Of a DNA stretch of 64,000 nt, positions 47,948 through 58,333 are shown one piece after another (position 1 is the first letter of the stretch; each line of letters opens with the position of its first letter). Where the stretch lies: assembly GCA_043747615.1 (NCBI GenBank), contig JAYTOU010000044.1, positions 1-64,000 on the forward strand. The letters are read 5' to 3'. Below the pieces are notes generated by a model. The model did not search any database and was not told the origin of the DNA. It worked only from the letters and a program-made list of their open reading frames with translations. This DNA comes from Myxococcales bacterium (GTDB taxonomy: Bacteria; Myxococcota_A; Polyangia; Polyangiales; Polyangiaceae). Both the position numbers and the translations under genes were made by a program.

Positions 47948-48129
47948 TGCGCGGCCATTCACGAGCACCTATCTTGGAGGGCCGCTCAGATACCGGGGCC
48001 GTCACGGGAATGGTCCTCGTGGAACTCGGCAGGATTCGACGAGCGCGTTCTCGTGATGGATCTCTGGGTCGACCTTCGGAGCGTGCGTGGACCGGTGAGA
48101 CGGGGCTGTAGCCGATCCACTCGTCGCGG

Positions 48130-48702
48130 ATGGCGATCCTCTTCGTGCCGGAGGCGCTCGCCATCATCAAGAAGCTCCCCGTCGAAGCGCGGAAGTGGCA
48201 GGGGCGGAAGCGCACGCCGCGCGCATTCTTCACAGTCCTCTGGGAGACCGGCCTTGGACCAACGACGGTGCATCAGATCGAAGTCGGACGTCACTACGTC
48301 AAGGGCTCGAGCGACCTCACCATCACGGCCGAGATCGACAAGGCGCGGTACGACCGCGTGGTCGGCCTCACCAAAGCGGCCACCGCGGCGCTCGACTCGG
48401 TCTGCCCGAAGGCAGGCGTCATCTTTCCGAAGACGGACTACCGGAAGACGCTGACGAAAGCGGCGAAGGAAGCCGGCATCCCCGAAGAGAAAGTCGTGCA
48501 CTTCACGAAGTACGACTTCCGCCACGCACGCATCACCGATGTCATCGACGCCACGGGCGACATGACCGGCGTCGCGTACATGGCGGGCCACAAACTGCTG
48601 TCCACCACGGACAAGTACGCCCACCCGAGCCGACGCGCCGGCGATCGGGTGATCGCCCGGCTTTCGGGTGCGCGGACCCAAAAAAGAGAGGCAAAAAAGT
48701 GA
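48130..48702 (+). pseudogene. Truncated tyrosine integrase catalytic domain
   Basis: ETGLGP (box I Arg replaced by Gly), YDFRH, AGH, TTDKY; ends 48 nt from the tRNA 3' end. Confidence 0.8.
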
Positions 48703-48749
48703 CTAAGAAAACTTACCGAAACCGACGGAATCAAAGGACTTTTGACTCA

Positions 48750-48825
<76 letters not shown>

Positions 48826-48963
48826 AACAACCTCGATGTGTACTGCGATCGAGACGCGCGGGAAACTAGTCGTTCCAGCGGCGATCGCAAGACCTAACCC
48901 GCGCCATGGTAAACCGGTTCCGCCGTGGCCACGAAGTCCGCGCCCGCGCGCGCTCTTGATCAC

Positions 48964-49326
48964 CTACGGAAAGAGCGTCGTGTAGGCGTCGGGCGTGAAG
49001 CCGACGAGGACGTCTTTTCCCTTCACGAGCACGGGACGCTTCACGAGCTTCCCGTCTGCGGCGAGCCACTTCACGAGCTCCGCATCGCTCGCGGCGGCTA
49101 CGCGTTCTTTACCGAGCGCGCGGTAGCTTTGGCCGCTGATGTTCAGCCATTTGCGCACGCCTAGCCCACTCGCGGCAATCCACGCCGTGAGCTCGGAGGC
49201 GGTCGGAGGCTGCTCGACGATCGGCCGCACGGTCGCCGCGACCCCCTTTTTTTTTAGCCACGTCAGCGCATTTTTGCAGGTCGTGCAGCCTGCGTACGCG
49301 AGGACCAACACTTCGTTCTTCGGCAT
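48964..49326 (-). CDS. ArsC/Spx-family protein
   Basis: CTTCKNA..WL, N.SG..YR, LVKRPVL, VGF. Confidence 0.9.
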   Translation of the reverse strand: MPKNEVLVLAYAGCTTCKNALTWLKKKGVAATVRPIVEQPPTASELTAWIAASGLGVRKWLNISGQSYRALGKERVAAASDAELVKWLAADGKLVKRPVLVKGKDVLVGFTPDAYTTLFP

Positions 49327-49407
49327 CGGACATCTCTCCTAGCAGACGACCGCGACGCGGCGCAGCGGGATCCCATGTGGCCGCTTACGGCCTGCCTCTG
49401 CTCACCC

Positions 49408-50283
49408 TCAACGTTGCTCGGCCATCTTGGCTAGCTCGGCCACGAGGCTCGCGCTGTCCGCCTGCTCGCCGACCATGAAGATACGTGCATATTGCACGCT
49501 CTCTCCCGGGGCCAACGTGACGTCGTGCCGCTGAAACGTGCAGGTCACCGATCCGGCGGTGACGCCTTCGATTTCGCCGTCGGCAGAGGCGAGGGCATAG
49601 CTCGTGGCGCTCCCGATCGCGCCGACGAACGGTCCCTTCGATGGTCCGCTGAAACCAGGGGATTTACCGGGCACGAACGGTTGGACACCCCATGCGACGA
49701 CGTCGCCGAGCGACAACTTTTCGGTGGGACGATTGCCTTCGTTTTTGAGCTCGGTCTCGATCATCACAGCACGATCCGGAGCTCCGAGCGTGTAGCGCGT
49801 CCGCACGCGAAGAGTCCGTTCGTTGTGTCCCTCGACGAGGATCCACGCCGCACCCTCTTGCGTCGCTCCGCTCTCTACGTTTTCGTACGCGACGCGCAGC
49901 GAGGTCGCGACGGCGCGCTCGAGCTCATCGACCCGCGTGCGTGCATCGGCGGCGTCTACCAGGCTCGCGCCCGTGCGCTCGATCACGAAGACCACATAGT
50001 CGTTCTCGAGCATGAGATCGCCGGGTCGTGCGGCCGCGCGCTCCCCGCCGAGCTCTTCGCCAGCGAGCATGGTGTGAACGCGTGCAGAACGCACGGATGG
50101 CGCGCGTGCCTTCTCCGCCGCGGCGGCCCTTGCCTCCGGCCGATACGTCGCCATCCAGAGAGCGCGCGCGGCGATCCCTGGGGCCACCCGGATCTGCGGC
50201 GTGAAGTCGTCGTCTTTCCTCGGGCATCCAGCGAGGCCGAGCGTGAGCGCCGCGAGGGCTGCAAGCACCGTCTTTTTCCGCAT
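49408..50283 (-). CDS. Hypothetical lipoprotein
   Basis: MRKKTVLAALAALTLGLAGC lipobox; beta-rich body. Confidence 0.65.
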   Translation of the reverse strand: MRKKTVLAALAALTLGLAGCPRKDDDFTPQIRVAPGIAARALWMATYRPEARAAAAEKARAPSVRSARVHTMLAGEELGGERAAARPGDLMLENDYVVFVIERTGASLVDAADARTRVDELERAVATSLRVAYENVESGATQEGAAWILVEGHNERTLRVRTRYTLGAPDRAVMIETELKNEGNRPTEKLSLGDVVAWGVQPFVPGKSPGFSGPSKGPFVGAIGSATSYALASADGEIEGVTAGSVTCTFQRHDVTLAPGESVQYARIFMVGEQADSASLVAELAKMAEQR

Positions 50284-50320
50284 CGAAGGTAAGACGGCGA
50301 CGACGCTCGCTCCTTGGATG

Positions 50321-51487
50321 TCATCCCCAACCAGCGACCAAAAAACGCGCCAGCGCCTGGGCTTTGGGAACGAGGGAGGCCACTTCGATCTGCTCGTCCT
50401 TGGTGTGGAAGCCAACGCCGCGCGGACCGAGCCCGTCGATTGAAGCGATCCCCATCGTGCTCGTCGTGCTTGCATCCGAGCCCCCGCCGATGAGAGGAGC
50501 CTCTCCGCCACCGAGCCCCGAGGCCACCGCGCACGCTGCGTACGCTGCGAGGAGTGCGGCGCTTTCGTCGCTCCGCTCGAGAGGAAAACGGGCGATGCCG
50601 CCTTCGAGGGTGATGCTTGCCCCCGTCATTCCAGCGCACGCCGCAGTCATCGCTTCCCGCAGACGCTCGACGAGTCGCTCGCCGTCGAGCGTCGTGCAAA
50701 AGCGAATGTCGAGGAGCGCTTCGGCCTCGTGAGGCACGGTATTTTTTCCCTGCCCGCCCGTGAATTTGCCGACGTTCACGGTCACGCCGCGATCGTAGTC
50801 GGTGAGCTTCTGCGCTAGATCAACGAAGCGCGCGAGCGCCCAGATCGCGTTCACGCCGTCGCGATGGTTCGCCCCTGCATGTGCCGCTTTTCCCGTGGCG
50901 CGCATGGTGATCCCGCCCGTGCCTTTGCGGCGGGTGATGATGCGATCTTCCTTGCGACCCGCTTCGAAGACGAGCGCTGCGCTTGCTCCGCGCGCGATCT
51001 CCTGGATGATCTTCTGACCTTCCGGCGAGCCCACCTCTTCGTCGGCCACGATGATCAACCGCACCGGCGCAATCATCCCCAGCCCCATCGTCTCTGCGAT
51101 CGCGCGCAGAGCCGTGGCCACGACCACCAAACCGCCCTTCATGTCGAGCACCCCGGGCCCGCGCGCGAGATCGCCGTCGCGATGAAAGCCTTCGAAGGTG
51201 CCCGGTGGAAAGACGGTGTCGAGGTGCCCGACGAGCGCGATCGGCCGCTTTTCGGTCTTTGGTTTGGTCGAAAAAATAAGGTGATCGGCGAATCGCGCGC
51301 TCGGACGAATTTCGCAATCGAGTCCGGCGATCGCGAGAGCGTCGGCCTGGAGGAGCGCTCCCACCTCACGTCCACCCGCGACGTTCTCCGTGAACGAATT
51401 CACGGACACGAGACGCGCAATGGCCTCCTCCATCGCTGGCTGTTTGTCGGCAAGCCACTGAACCGTGTCGTCGACCGTCATCGTCAT
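50321..51487 (-). CDS. M20 metallopeptidase (glutamate carboxypeptidase-like)
   Basis: GHLDTV, GPGVLDMKGG, DEEVGS, GGGSDA, H..DE. Confidence 0.92.
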   Translation of the reverse strand: MTMTVDDTVQWLADKQPAMEEAIARLVSVNSFTENVAGGREVGALLQADALAIAGLDCEIRPSARFADHLIFSTKPKTEKRPIALVGHLDTVFPPGTFEGFHRDGDLARGPGVLDMKGGLVVVATALRAIAETMGLGMIAPVRLIIVADEEVGSPEGQKIIQEIARGASAALVFEAGRKEDRIITRRKGTGGITMRATGKAAHAGANHRDGVNAIWALARFVDLAQKLTDYDRGVTVNVGKFTGGQGKNTVPHEAEALLDIRFCTTLDGERLVERLREAMTAACAGMTGASITLEGGIARFPLERSDESAALLAAYAACAVASGLGGGEAPLIGGGSDASTTSTMGIASIDGLGPRGVGFHTKDEQIEVASLVPKAQALARFLVAGWG

Positions 51488-51524
51488 GGAGTGTCATCGT
51501 ACCCCGTGTTACCGCTCCAGGGAC

Positions 51525-53204
51525 ATGACGGCGGAAGAAGACCCGTTTCTCTGGGTGGGCCAGACGATCGACGGCAAATACGAGGTCCAATCGCGCGTGG
51601 GCGAAGGAGGCTTTGCCGTCGTGTACCGCTGCCTTCACCGCGGCTTCAACGAAATTTGCGCAGTAAAAGCACTGAAAATTCCGAAGAAGCTGCAAGGAGA
51701 CACGAGAGAAAAGTTCCTCGAGTCCTTCACCGCCGAGGGCAAGCTCTTGCATCAGCTGTCGCGCGCGAACGCTTCCATCGTCCAAGCGCTCGACGTGGGT
51801 GCGGCGATTTCGCCTAACGGAACGTGGACGCCGTACATAGTCCTCGAGTGGCTCGACGGCCTCACCCTGGAAGACGATCTGCGCTCTCGAAAAAAAGACG
51901 GCGTGGGCGGTCGGACCATGGCCGAAGCACTGACGATGCTCGAGCCCGCGGCGAGCGCTCTTGGAACCGCGCACGCGCAGAGCATCGCGCACCGTGACGT
52001 GAAGCCGGCAAATTTGTTTCTCGCCACGGTCGGTGGAAAGCGCGCGCTCAAGGTGCTCGACTTCGGCATCGCGAAGGTGCTGAGTGAGCCCGACGTAGCG
52101 CTTGCTTTCGAGGCAACGGGAGCGTCGTTGCAAGCCTTCACGCCTCGCTACGGTGCGCCCGAGCAGTTCGATCGCCGCTTCGGTGCGACCGGCCCTTGGA
52201 CCGACGTGTTCGCGCTTGCTCTCATCGTCGTCGAGGTGGTCTCTGGTAAGAGCGCGCTCGAAGGAGACACGCCACAGCTCTTCGTCGCCTCGAGCAACAT
52301 CCAGCACCGGCCGACGCTCCGCGCAAGCGGCGTCGACGAAGGCGCCGCGGTCGAGGCGGTCTTGAGCCGCGCTCTCGCCGTGGATCCGAAAGAACGCTAC
52401 CCGAGCGCCACGGCGTTCTGGAGCGCGCTCGTGCACGCGGCGACGACCGGGGACACGGTCCTCTCCACGCGCGAGGCTGCCGCATCGTCGACCCCACGGA
52501 CGGTCCGCGAAGGGCGCGCGCCAGTCCGCGTCGGGTCCGCTGAGGTGCCTGAAAAGTTGCCCGAAGCGGCTGCGACAGCGGTGCCGGCCCAGCCTCATCC
52601 ATCGCGGACGAAGGAAATCGTCGCCGTGGTCCTCTCCCTCGCGCTCGGCGCAGGCGCGTACTACGCGAGCACGTTGAATCACGAGACGAGGAAGCCAGTC
52701 ATCGTAACGACGCCGTCGTCCGTGCCGAGCGCGGTGCCTTCCGCTCCGCCGGTCGCGAGCGATCCGACAATCTCTGCTGCCGCGCCCGGATTCAAGCGCT
52801 ACGTCAATGCGCGCTACGGCTTCATCCTCGACGTTCCCGACGAAGCCGTGCCGAGCGTAGAGCAGCCGAACGAAGCCGGCCGTTCCTTCACCGCCAAGGA
52901 CATCGAGATCAGCGTCGTCGGGGATTCCCTCCGCGCCTCGGGCAAAACTCTGGACGGCCTGTTTGAAGAGGCGAGCAAGCCGGACAAGAATCCGGAGGGG
53001 CGGTGGGGCGCACCCGTTCGCGAGACCGCGGGGTTCTATTTCGACGGACGCTTCGGAGACAAATCGCTCTACGAAAAAACCAGCGCAAGTGGTGATCGCG
53101 TGGCCAGCCTACACATCCTCTACGCCGCAGATGCCGTCTTCGCGCCGAAGCTCGCGCATACGGAGAAATCGCTCTCGTTCGTCAGCGCGCCGGGGGACCG
53201 CTGA
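51525..53204 (+). CDS. Membrane Ser/Thr protein kinase
   Basis: GEGGFAVV, AVK, HRDVKPAN, DFG, APE; TM and extracytoplasmic domain. Confidence 0.93.
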   Translation: MTAEEDPFLWVGQTIDGKYEVQSRVGEGGFAVVYRCLHRGFNEICAVKALKIPKKLQGDTREKFLESFTAEGKLLHQLSRANASIVQALDVGAAISPNGTWTPYIVLEWLDGLTLEDDLRSRKKDGVGGRTMAEALTMLEPAASALGTAHAQSIAHRDVKPANLFLATVGGKRALKVLDFGIAKVLSEPDVALAFEATGASLQAFTPRYGAPEQFDRRFGATGPWTDVFALALIVVEVVSGKSALEGDTPQLFVASSNIQHRPTLRASGVDEGAAVEAVLSRALAVDPKERYPSATAFWSALVHAATTGDTVLSTREAAASSTPRTVREGRAPVRVGSAEVPEKLPEAAATAVPAQPHPSRTKEIVAVVLSLALGAGAYYASTLNHETRKPVIVTTPSSVPSAVPSAPPVASDPTISAAAPGFKRYVNARYGFILDVPDEAVPSVEQPNEAGRSFTAKDIEISVVGDSLRASGKTLDGLFEEASKPDKNPEGRWGAPVRETAGFYFDGRFGDKSLYEKTSASGDRVASLHILYAADAVFAPKLAHTEKSLSFVSAPGDR

Positions 53205-53230
53205 GGGCGTTTTTGAGGTAGGCTCGCGCC

Positions 53231-54286
53231 ATGGCGAAGCGCTTCAAAGCCGCGGTGATCGGCGGCAGCGGGTACGGCGGTGCAGAGCTGATTCGACGAC
53301 TCCTCGCTCACCCGGAGGTCGAGCTAGCGCGCGTCGCTTCGGTCGACTTCGTGGGCGAGCCGCTCTCGCACGCGCACCCAAATCTCGAGGGGCAGACCAA
53401 CCTCCGCTTCGAAGGGCTCTCCCCCGCCGAAGCGGCGAAGGACATGGACGTAGTCCTGCTCGGGCTCCCCCACAAAGTGAGCGCGCTGAAGATGCCGGAG
53501 CTGATGGCCACCGGCGCGAAGGTGGTGGACCTCTCGGGTGACTTTCGTCTGCGCGACAAAGACACGTACAAGAAATACTACGGCGCCGATCACCCCTACC
53601 CCAACTTGCTCACCGGCACGTTCGTCTACGGGCTCCCGGAGCTCAATCGTGAGGCCATTCGCAGCGCGCGCTACGTAGCCTCCCCGGGCTGTTTTGCGAC
53701 GACCATCGAGCTTGCGCTTCTCCCGCTCGCACGCGCGGGCCTCCTGGAAGGCGCGGTCGAAGTGGTCGGCATCACCGGCTCGTCGGGGAGCGGCGTCGTC
53801 CCCAGCGCGGGCACGCATCATCCCGTTCGCGCAAGTAACCTCCGTACATACAAACCGCTCGATCACCAGCACGTCCCGGAAATCCTGCTCATTCTCGGGG
53901 ACGCGGGAGCGAAGGAGCTCGCGCTCCGCTTCGTGCCGGTGAGCGCGCCGCTTGCCCGCGGCATCTTCGCGACGTGCTTTGCGCACGTAAAAGAAAGCGT
54001 GAGCGCCGATCAGATCCGCTCGCTGTACACCGAGGGATACGCAAGGGAGCCCTTCGTCCGCGTGCCGGCGAAGCGTTTGCCAGAGGTCGCCGCGGTGAGC
54101 GGAACGAACTACGCCGAGATCGGCGTGCATGCAGGCGACGTCACCGACGGGAGGCGCGTCATCGCGTGCTTCGCGGCAACGGACAATCTCATCAAGGGCG
54201 GCGCAGGTCAGGCCATTCAATCGATGAACCTGATGCTCGGTCTCGACGAGCGGCTGACCCTCGAAGACCCGGGTGGCTGGCCTTGA
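53231..54286 (+). CDS. argC: N-acetyl-gamma-glutamyl-phosphate reductase
   Basis: GGSGYGG, DLSGDFR, YGLPE, PGCF, DNLIKGGAGQA. Confidence 0.96.
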   Translation: MAKRFKAAVIGGSGYGGAELIRRLLAHPEVELARVASVDFVGEPLSHAHPNLEGQTNLRFEGLSPAEAAKDMDVVLLGLPHKVSALKMPELMATGAKVVDLSGDFRLRDKDTYKKYYGADHPYPNLLTGTFVYGLPELNREAIRSARYVASPGCFATTIELALLPLARAGLLEGAVEVVGITGSSGSGVVPSAGTHHPVRASNLRTYKPLDHQHVPEILLILGDAGAKELALRFVPVSAPLARGIFATCFAHVKESVSADQIRSLYTEGYAREPFVRVPAKRLPEVAAVSGTNYAEIGVHAGDVTDGRRVIACFAATDNLIKGGAGQAIQSMNLMLGLDERLTLEDPGGWP

Positions 54287-55107
54287 TCAATTCGGCCTAC
54301 GTAGTCGTAAAGCTCGGCGGCGAAGTGGTGAGCGGACCGCACCTCGCTGCGATCGCAGCGGACGTCGCGGAGCTGGCCACGGCGAAGACGCGCGTGCTCA
54401 TGGTGCACGGCGGCGGACCGCAGGCAACGGCACTCCAGAAAAATCTCGGGCAGACGCCGAACATCGTCGCGGGTCGCCGGATCACCGACGCAGACACTCT
54501 CGAGGTCATGAAGATGATCGTCGCTGGGAGGGTAAACGTCGATCTTTGCTCGGCGCTCCTCGCCGCGGGAGTGAATCCGGTTGGCCTTCACGGAGCGAGC
54601 TCGTGCGCGGTTCGCGCCGAAAAAAGGCCTCCTCGCGTGATCACGGGAGGCGGCCCCGACCCCATCGACTTCGGGCACGTCGGCGACGTCGTCGGCGTGA
54701 ACAAGGCGCTCTTCGAGCTCCTGAGCGGCGCGGGCTACGTGCCGGTCGTCGCCTGCCTCGGCGCAGACGAACGGGGCGCGGTCTTCAACATCAACGCAGA
54801 CGTCGTCGCCAGCCGCCTCGCCATCGAGCTCGACGCGCGCTCACTCATTCTCATCACCGACGTTCCCGCCGTCCTTCGCGATGTGACCGATCCTTCGTCG
54901 CGCATCGCTCGAATGACGGTCGCCGAAGGGCGAAGAGCCATCGACGAGGGGATCGTCACCAAGGGCATGATCCCCAAGCTCGAGGAGTCGTTCGCAGCCA
55001 TCGCAGAAGGCGTGCACGCGGTGCACATCGTGGGCCGCCTCGCGCGTGGAGATCTGGCGCGCGAAGTGACTACGCCAGGCAGCGTGGGAACGGTGCTCGT
55101 CGCCTGA
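54283..55107 (+). CDS. argB: Acetylglutamate kinase
   Basis: VVKLGG, VHGGG, GRRIT, NINAD, GMIPKL. Confidence 0.95.
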   Translation: MINSAYVVVKLGGEVVSGPHLAAIAADVAELATAKTRVLMVHGGGPQATALQKNLGQTPNIVAGRRITDADTLEVMKMIVAGRVNVDLCSALLAAGVNPVGLHGASSCAVRAEKRPPRVITGGGPDPIDFGHVGDVVGVNKALFELLSGAGYVPVVACLGADERGAVFNINADVVASRLAIELDARSLILITDVPAVLRDVTDPSSRIARMTVAEGRRAIDEGIVTKGMIPKLEESFAAIAEGVHAVHIVGRLARGDLAREVTTPGSVGTVLVA

Positions 55108-55108
55108 A

Positions 55109-55723
55109 ATGCTCGTCGTCGTGGTCGATCTCGGGCTCGGAAATTTGCGGAGCGTACAGCGCGCGATCATGCGCTCGGCGAGCGAGGCCAAGGTCGAATG
55201 CACCACGGTCGTCACCGCGGATCCGCAGCGTGTGCGCGAGGGCGACAAGATCGTCGTCCCCGGGCAGGGCTCGTTCGGCGCGGCAGCGGAGAGTCTCGAC
55301 GGCGGATGGAGAGACGCTCTTCGCCAGCAAATCGCCCTAAAAAAACCGTACTTGGGCATCTGCCTAGGTCTGCAGCTCCTCTTCGATGGGAGCGAAGAGA
55401 TGCCCGGCGCGCGAGGTCTCGGCGTCTTCGAGGGTGAGGTGGTGCGACTTCCGAAGAAGGCCGGGAAGACGCCGCACATGGGCTGGAATACCGTCGCTCC
55501 TTCGACGAGGAGCCTCCTTCCCGAGGAGGAAACGTACTTCTACTTCACGCATACCTTCGTGGTCGCCCCACGCGATCCGACTCTCGCCTGCGGCTTCACC
55601 GAGTACGGAGCGACGCGCTTCGTGAGCGCGGTGGCCCGCGACAATCTCTTCGCGTGTCAGTTTCACCCCGAAAAAAGCCAGCTCGCAGGGCAGGCTCTTC
55701 TCGCGAGATTTCTTCGCTCATGA
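55109..55723 (+). CDS. hisH: Imidazole glycerol phosphate synthase glutaminase subunit
   Basis: GNLRS, PGQG, GICLGLQ, PHMGWN, QFHPEKS. Confidence 0.96.
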   Translation: MLVVVVDLGLGNLRSVQRAIMRSASEAKVECTTVVTADPQRVREGDKIVVPGQGSFGAAAESLDGGWRDALRQQIALKKPYLGICLGLQLLFDGSEEMPGARGLGVFEGEVVRLPKKAGKTPHMGWNTVAPSTRSLLPEEETYFYFTHTFVVAPRDPTLACGFTEYGATRFVSAVARDNLFACQFHPEKSQLAGQALLARFLRS

Positions 55724-56439
55724 TCATCATCCCTGCGATCGACCTGCTCGGCGGAAAGGCGGTGCGCCTTCACAAGGGTGACTACGACACCGTCACCGTT
55801 TACGACGACGATCCCCCGCGTCGCGCGCGCGAGTGGAGGGGGCTGGTTCCACGCCTTCACGTGGTCGATCTCGAAGGCGCAAAGGCCGGGCGCGCGGTCC
55901 AAGCCGATGCCGTGCGCGCGATCATCGAAGCCTTCGGTCCAGGCGTACAGATCGGCGGCGGCGTTCGGTCGCTCGAAGCGTTCGAGAGTTACCGCGCGCT
56001 CGGCGCCGATCGCGTCATCCTCGGAACGGCCGCCGTAAAAAATCCGGAGCTCGCCAAGGAGATCGCCGAGGCCCACCCCGGGCGCGTGATCGTTGCCGTC
56101 GATGCCAAGGACGGGATGGTCGCGATCGACGGTTGGACGACCGTATCCACGGTGAGCGCGCTCGACGTGGCCCGCGCGTTTGCGAAGCTCCCCATCGCCG
56201 GCATCCTTTACACCGACGTCTCGCGCGATGGCACGCGCACCGGGCCAAACGTGGAAATGACTGCGAATCTAGCCAGAAAAGCGGGGGTTTCCGTGATTGC
56301 GTCTGGAGGCGTGGGCACGCTCGAGCACCTGCGCGACCTCGCCCTCCATCCGGAGATCGAGGCGGTCATCGTGGGCCGCGCGCTCTACGACGGGAGCTTC
56401 ACGCTGGCCGAAGCCGTCGAGGCCATATCGGCGCGCTAG
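55720..56439 (+). CDS. hisA: ProFAR isomerase
   Basis: IIPAIDL.GGKAVRL.KG, HVVDLEGA, GGGVRS, TDVSRDG, ASGG. Confidence 0.96.
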   Translation: MIIIPAIDLLGGKAVRLHKGDYDTVTVYDDDPPRRAREWRGLVPRLHVVDLEGAKAGRAVQADAVRAIIEAFGPGVQIGGGVRSLEAFESYRALGADRVILGTAAVKNPELAKEIAEAHPGRVIVAVDAKDGMVAIDGWTTVSTVSALDVARAFAKLPIAGILYTDVSRDGTRTGPNVEMTANLARKAGVSVIASGGVGTLEHLRDLALHPEIEAVIVGRALYDGSFTLAEAVEAISAR

Positions 56440-56440
56440 G

Positions 56441-56932
56441 TTACGCGAGTGCCTTCTCGATCGCCTGCTTGACCTCGGGGCTGGTCGGTTCGACCTTCGG
56501 CTCGAATCGGCCAAGGATTTCCCCGTTCTTGCCGACCAGGAACTTGTTGAAGTTCCATTTAATCTCGCCAGCGAACTTGGGATTCGTTTCCTTGTCGGTA
56601 AGGAAAGAAAACAAGGGATCGATCCCCTCGCCCTTCACGACGACCTTCGAGAACATATCGAAGTTCACACCGAACTTCGTTTTGCAGAACGCGTTGATGT
56701 CGGCGTTCGAGCCTGGCTCCTGGGCGCCGAATTCGTTCGCCGGAAATCCGAGGATGGCCAGACCCTTCGCAGCGTAGGCCTCGTGAAGCTCTTCCAGGCC
56801 CTTGTACTGCGGCGTAAGCCCACACTCGGAAGCCACGTTCACGATGAGCAGCGGCTTGCCCTTGTAGTCAGCCAGTGTCTTCTTGTGGCCAGTGATTGAT
56901 TGGACGGAAAAATCGTAAATGCTCTTCGTCAT
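56441..56932 (-). CDS. btuE: Glutathione peroxidase family protein
   Basis: NVASECG, FPANEFGAQEPG, WNFNKFL. Confidence 0.93.
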   Translation of the reverse strand: MTKSIYDFSVQSITGHKKTLADYKGKPLLIVNVASECGLTPQYKGLEELHEAYAAKGLAILGFPANEFGAQEPGSNADINAFCKTKFGVNFDMFSKVVVKGEGIDPLFSFLTDKETNPKFAGEIKWNFNKFLVGKNGEILGRFEPKVEPTSPEVKQAIEKALA

Positions 56933-56943
56933 GACCGCGAACC

Positions 56944-57336
56944 CTAATCGTCATCACCCGCGGTGGCCAGCGGGACAGCGTCGAGCGCGGCGCGGTGCCA
57001 GGCCTTTGCCTCGTCTCCAAAGTCTTTGAGGACGCGCTCGTACGTAGCGACCACCGAGGTCCATTCGAGATCGGAGCCACCGGCTTCACCCTCGAGGGGC
57101 GGTGACACATCGGAGACAGCGGCCATGAAGGCCACGAGGTTGTCGTGGCGCTCGCCCTCGAACATGCGTGAGACGAAGGCGATCAAGTAGGCCAAGCGTC
57201 CGATGATCGGCTGCGCGGTGTAGAGCCAGACCTCGCGGGACGCGCTCGTGCGCATCTCTCCGAGGATCCGCAAGTCTTGAAGAATCGTCACCAGGTGAGC
57301 TTCGAGCTCTGAGGGGTGGATGCTCGTTTCAGTCAT
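56944..57336 (-). CDS. Hypothetical helical protein
   Basis: ORF fills the gap between the ALDH and gpx genes with tight spacing. Confidence 0.6.
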   Translation of the reverse strand: MTETSIHPSELEAHLVTILQDLRILGEMRTSASREVWLYTAQPIIGRLAYLIAFVSRMFEGERHDNLVAFMAAVSDVSPPLEGEAGGSDLEWTSVVATYERVLKDFGDEAKAWHRAALDAVPLATAGDDD

Positions 57337-57343
57337 CGTGCGC

Positions 57344-58333
57344 CTACAGCCCGACGGGATGCCAAACGGTCTTCGTCTCCAAGAAGCGCTCGATCCAGCC
57401 AATCCCTTGGCCTTTGCGCTCATCGAACCAGGCCTCGGCGTCCATCGGGGCGTGGGTCTTCACCCGCTTGATGTTCTCGCTGCCGTCGCGCTCGAGGGAC
57501 GCTCGCAGCTCGGTGTCGCGCGACCAGGCGTCGATGCCGATGACCTCGCGATGCTTGGCGAGCACCGGCGCGATCTCTTTTTCTTGGCCGAGGAGAATAT
57601 TGACCACGCCCCCAGGCAGATCGCTCGTTGCGAGGCACTCCGAGAACACTACTGCAGTGCGCGGATCCGCCTCGCTCGCCACGGCGACGCAGGTGTTGCC
57701 GCCCGCAATCACGGGCAAGATCGTGGAGACGAGGCCGAGGAGCGCAGGACGATCCGGCGCTGCAATGGCAATGACGCCCATGGGCTCGGGCACGCTGAAG
57801 CCAAAGTGCGGCCCGCTCACTGGATTCGACGACGCCACCAGCGATGCGATCTTGTCGCAGAATCCCGCGTAAAAAATGGCTCTGTCGATGGTCGCGTCCA
57901 CCTCGGCGATGGCGCTCTTCGCCTTCACGCCGCCCCGCACGAGCGAGGCTTCGAGCTCATCGCGTCGGGATTCGATCACCTCGGCGAGACGGTAGAGAAT
58001 CTGCCCGCGGTTGTAGGCGGTGCGCCCGGCCCAGGCGTCCCACGCGTTCTTGGCGACGAGGACCGCGTCGCGCGCATCTTTGCGAGAGCCGCGCGGAATG
58101 TTCACCATTTCCGGATCGGCGGAGCCCACGTTGCTCTCCACTTGGAAGTATCGCCCCGACTCGGAGCGCACGAACGCGCCGCCGACGTACATCTTGTACG
58201 CCTTGGCGACGCGGAGCCTCGTTCCAATTTTGGCGCGAACCTCGCCCACCACGGCCGTCGCACCGTTGGCCTGCAAAGAAAGGCCGTTTGCCGTTTTAGA
58301 TTTCGTTGCAGCCTTCACGCGTTTCGTGCTCAT
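57344..58333 (-). CDS. Short aldehyde-dehydrogenase-like protein (NAD-binding part only)
   Basis: KAYKMYVGGAFVRSESGR, EPMGV, LPGGVVNIL, ETKTVWHP; no ELGGK or catalytic Cys. Confidence 0.85.
   Translation of the reverse strand: MSTKRVKAATKSKTANGLSLQANGATAVVGEVRAKIGTRLRVAKAYKMYVGGAFVRSESGRYFQVESNVGSADPEMVNIPRGSRKDARDAVLVAKNAWDAWAGRTAYNRGQILYRLAEVIESRRDELEASLVRGGVKAKSAIAEVDATIDRAIFYAGFCDKIASLVASSNPVSGPHFGFSVPEPMGVIAIAAPDRPALLGLVSTILPVIAGGNTCVAVASEADPRTAVVFSECLATSDLPGGVVNILLGQEKEIAPVLAKHREVIGIDAWSRDTELRASLERDGSENIKRVKTHAPMDAEAWFDERKGQGIGWIERFLETKTVWHPVGL

Noticed and set aside
53231..56439. Mixed argC-argB-hisH-hisA operon
   Set aside because: Housekeeping genes; operon shuffling of this kind is ordinary
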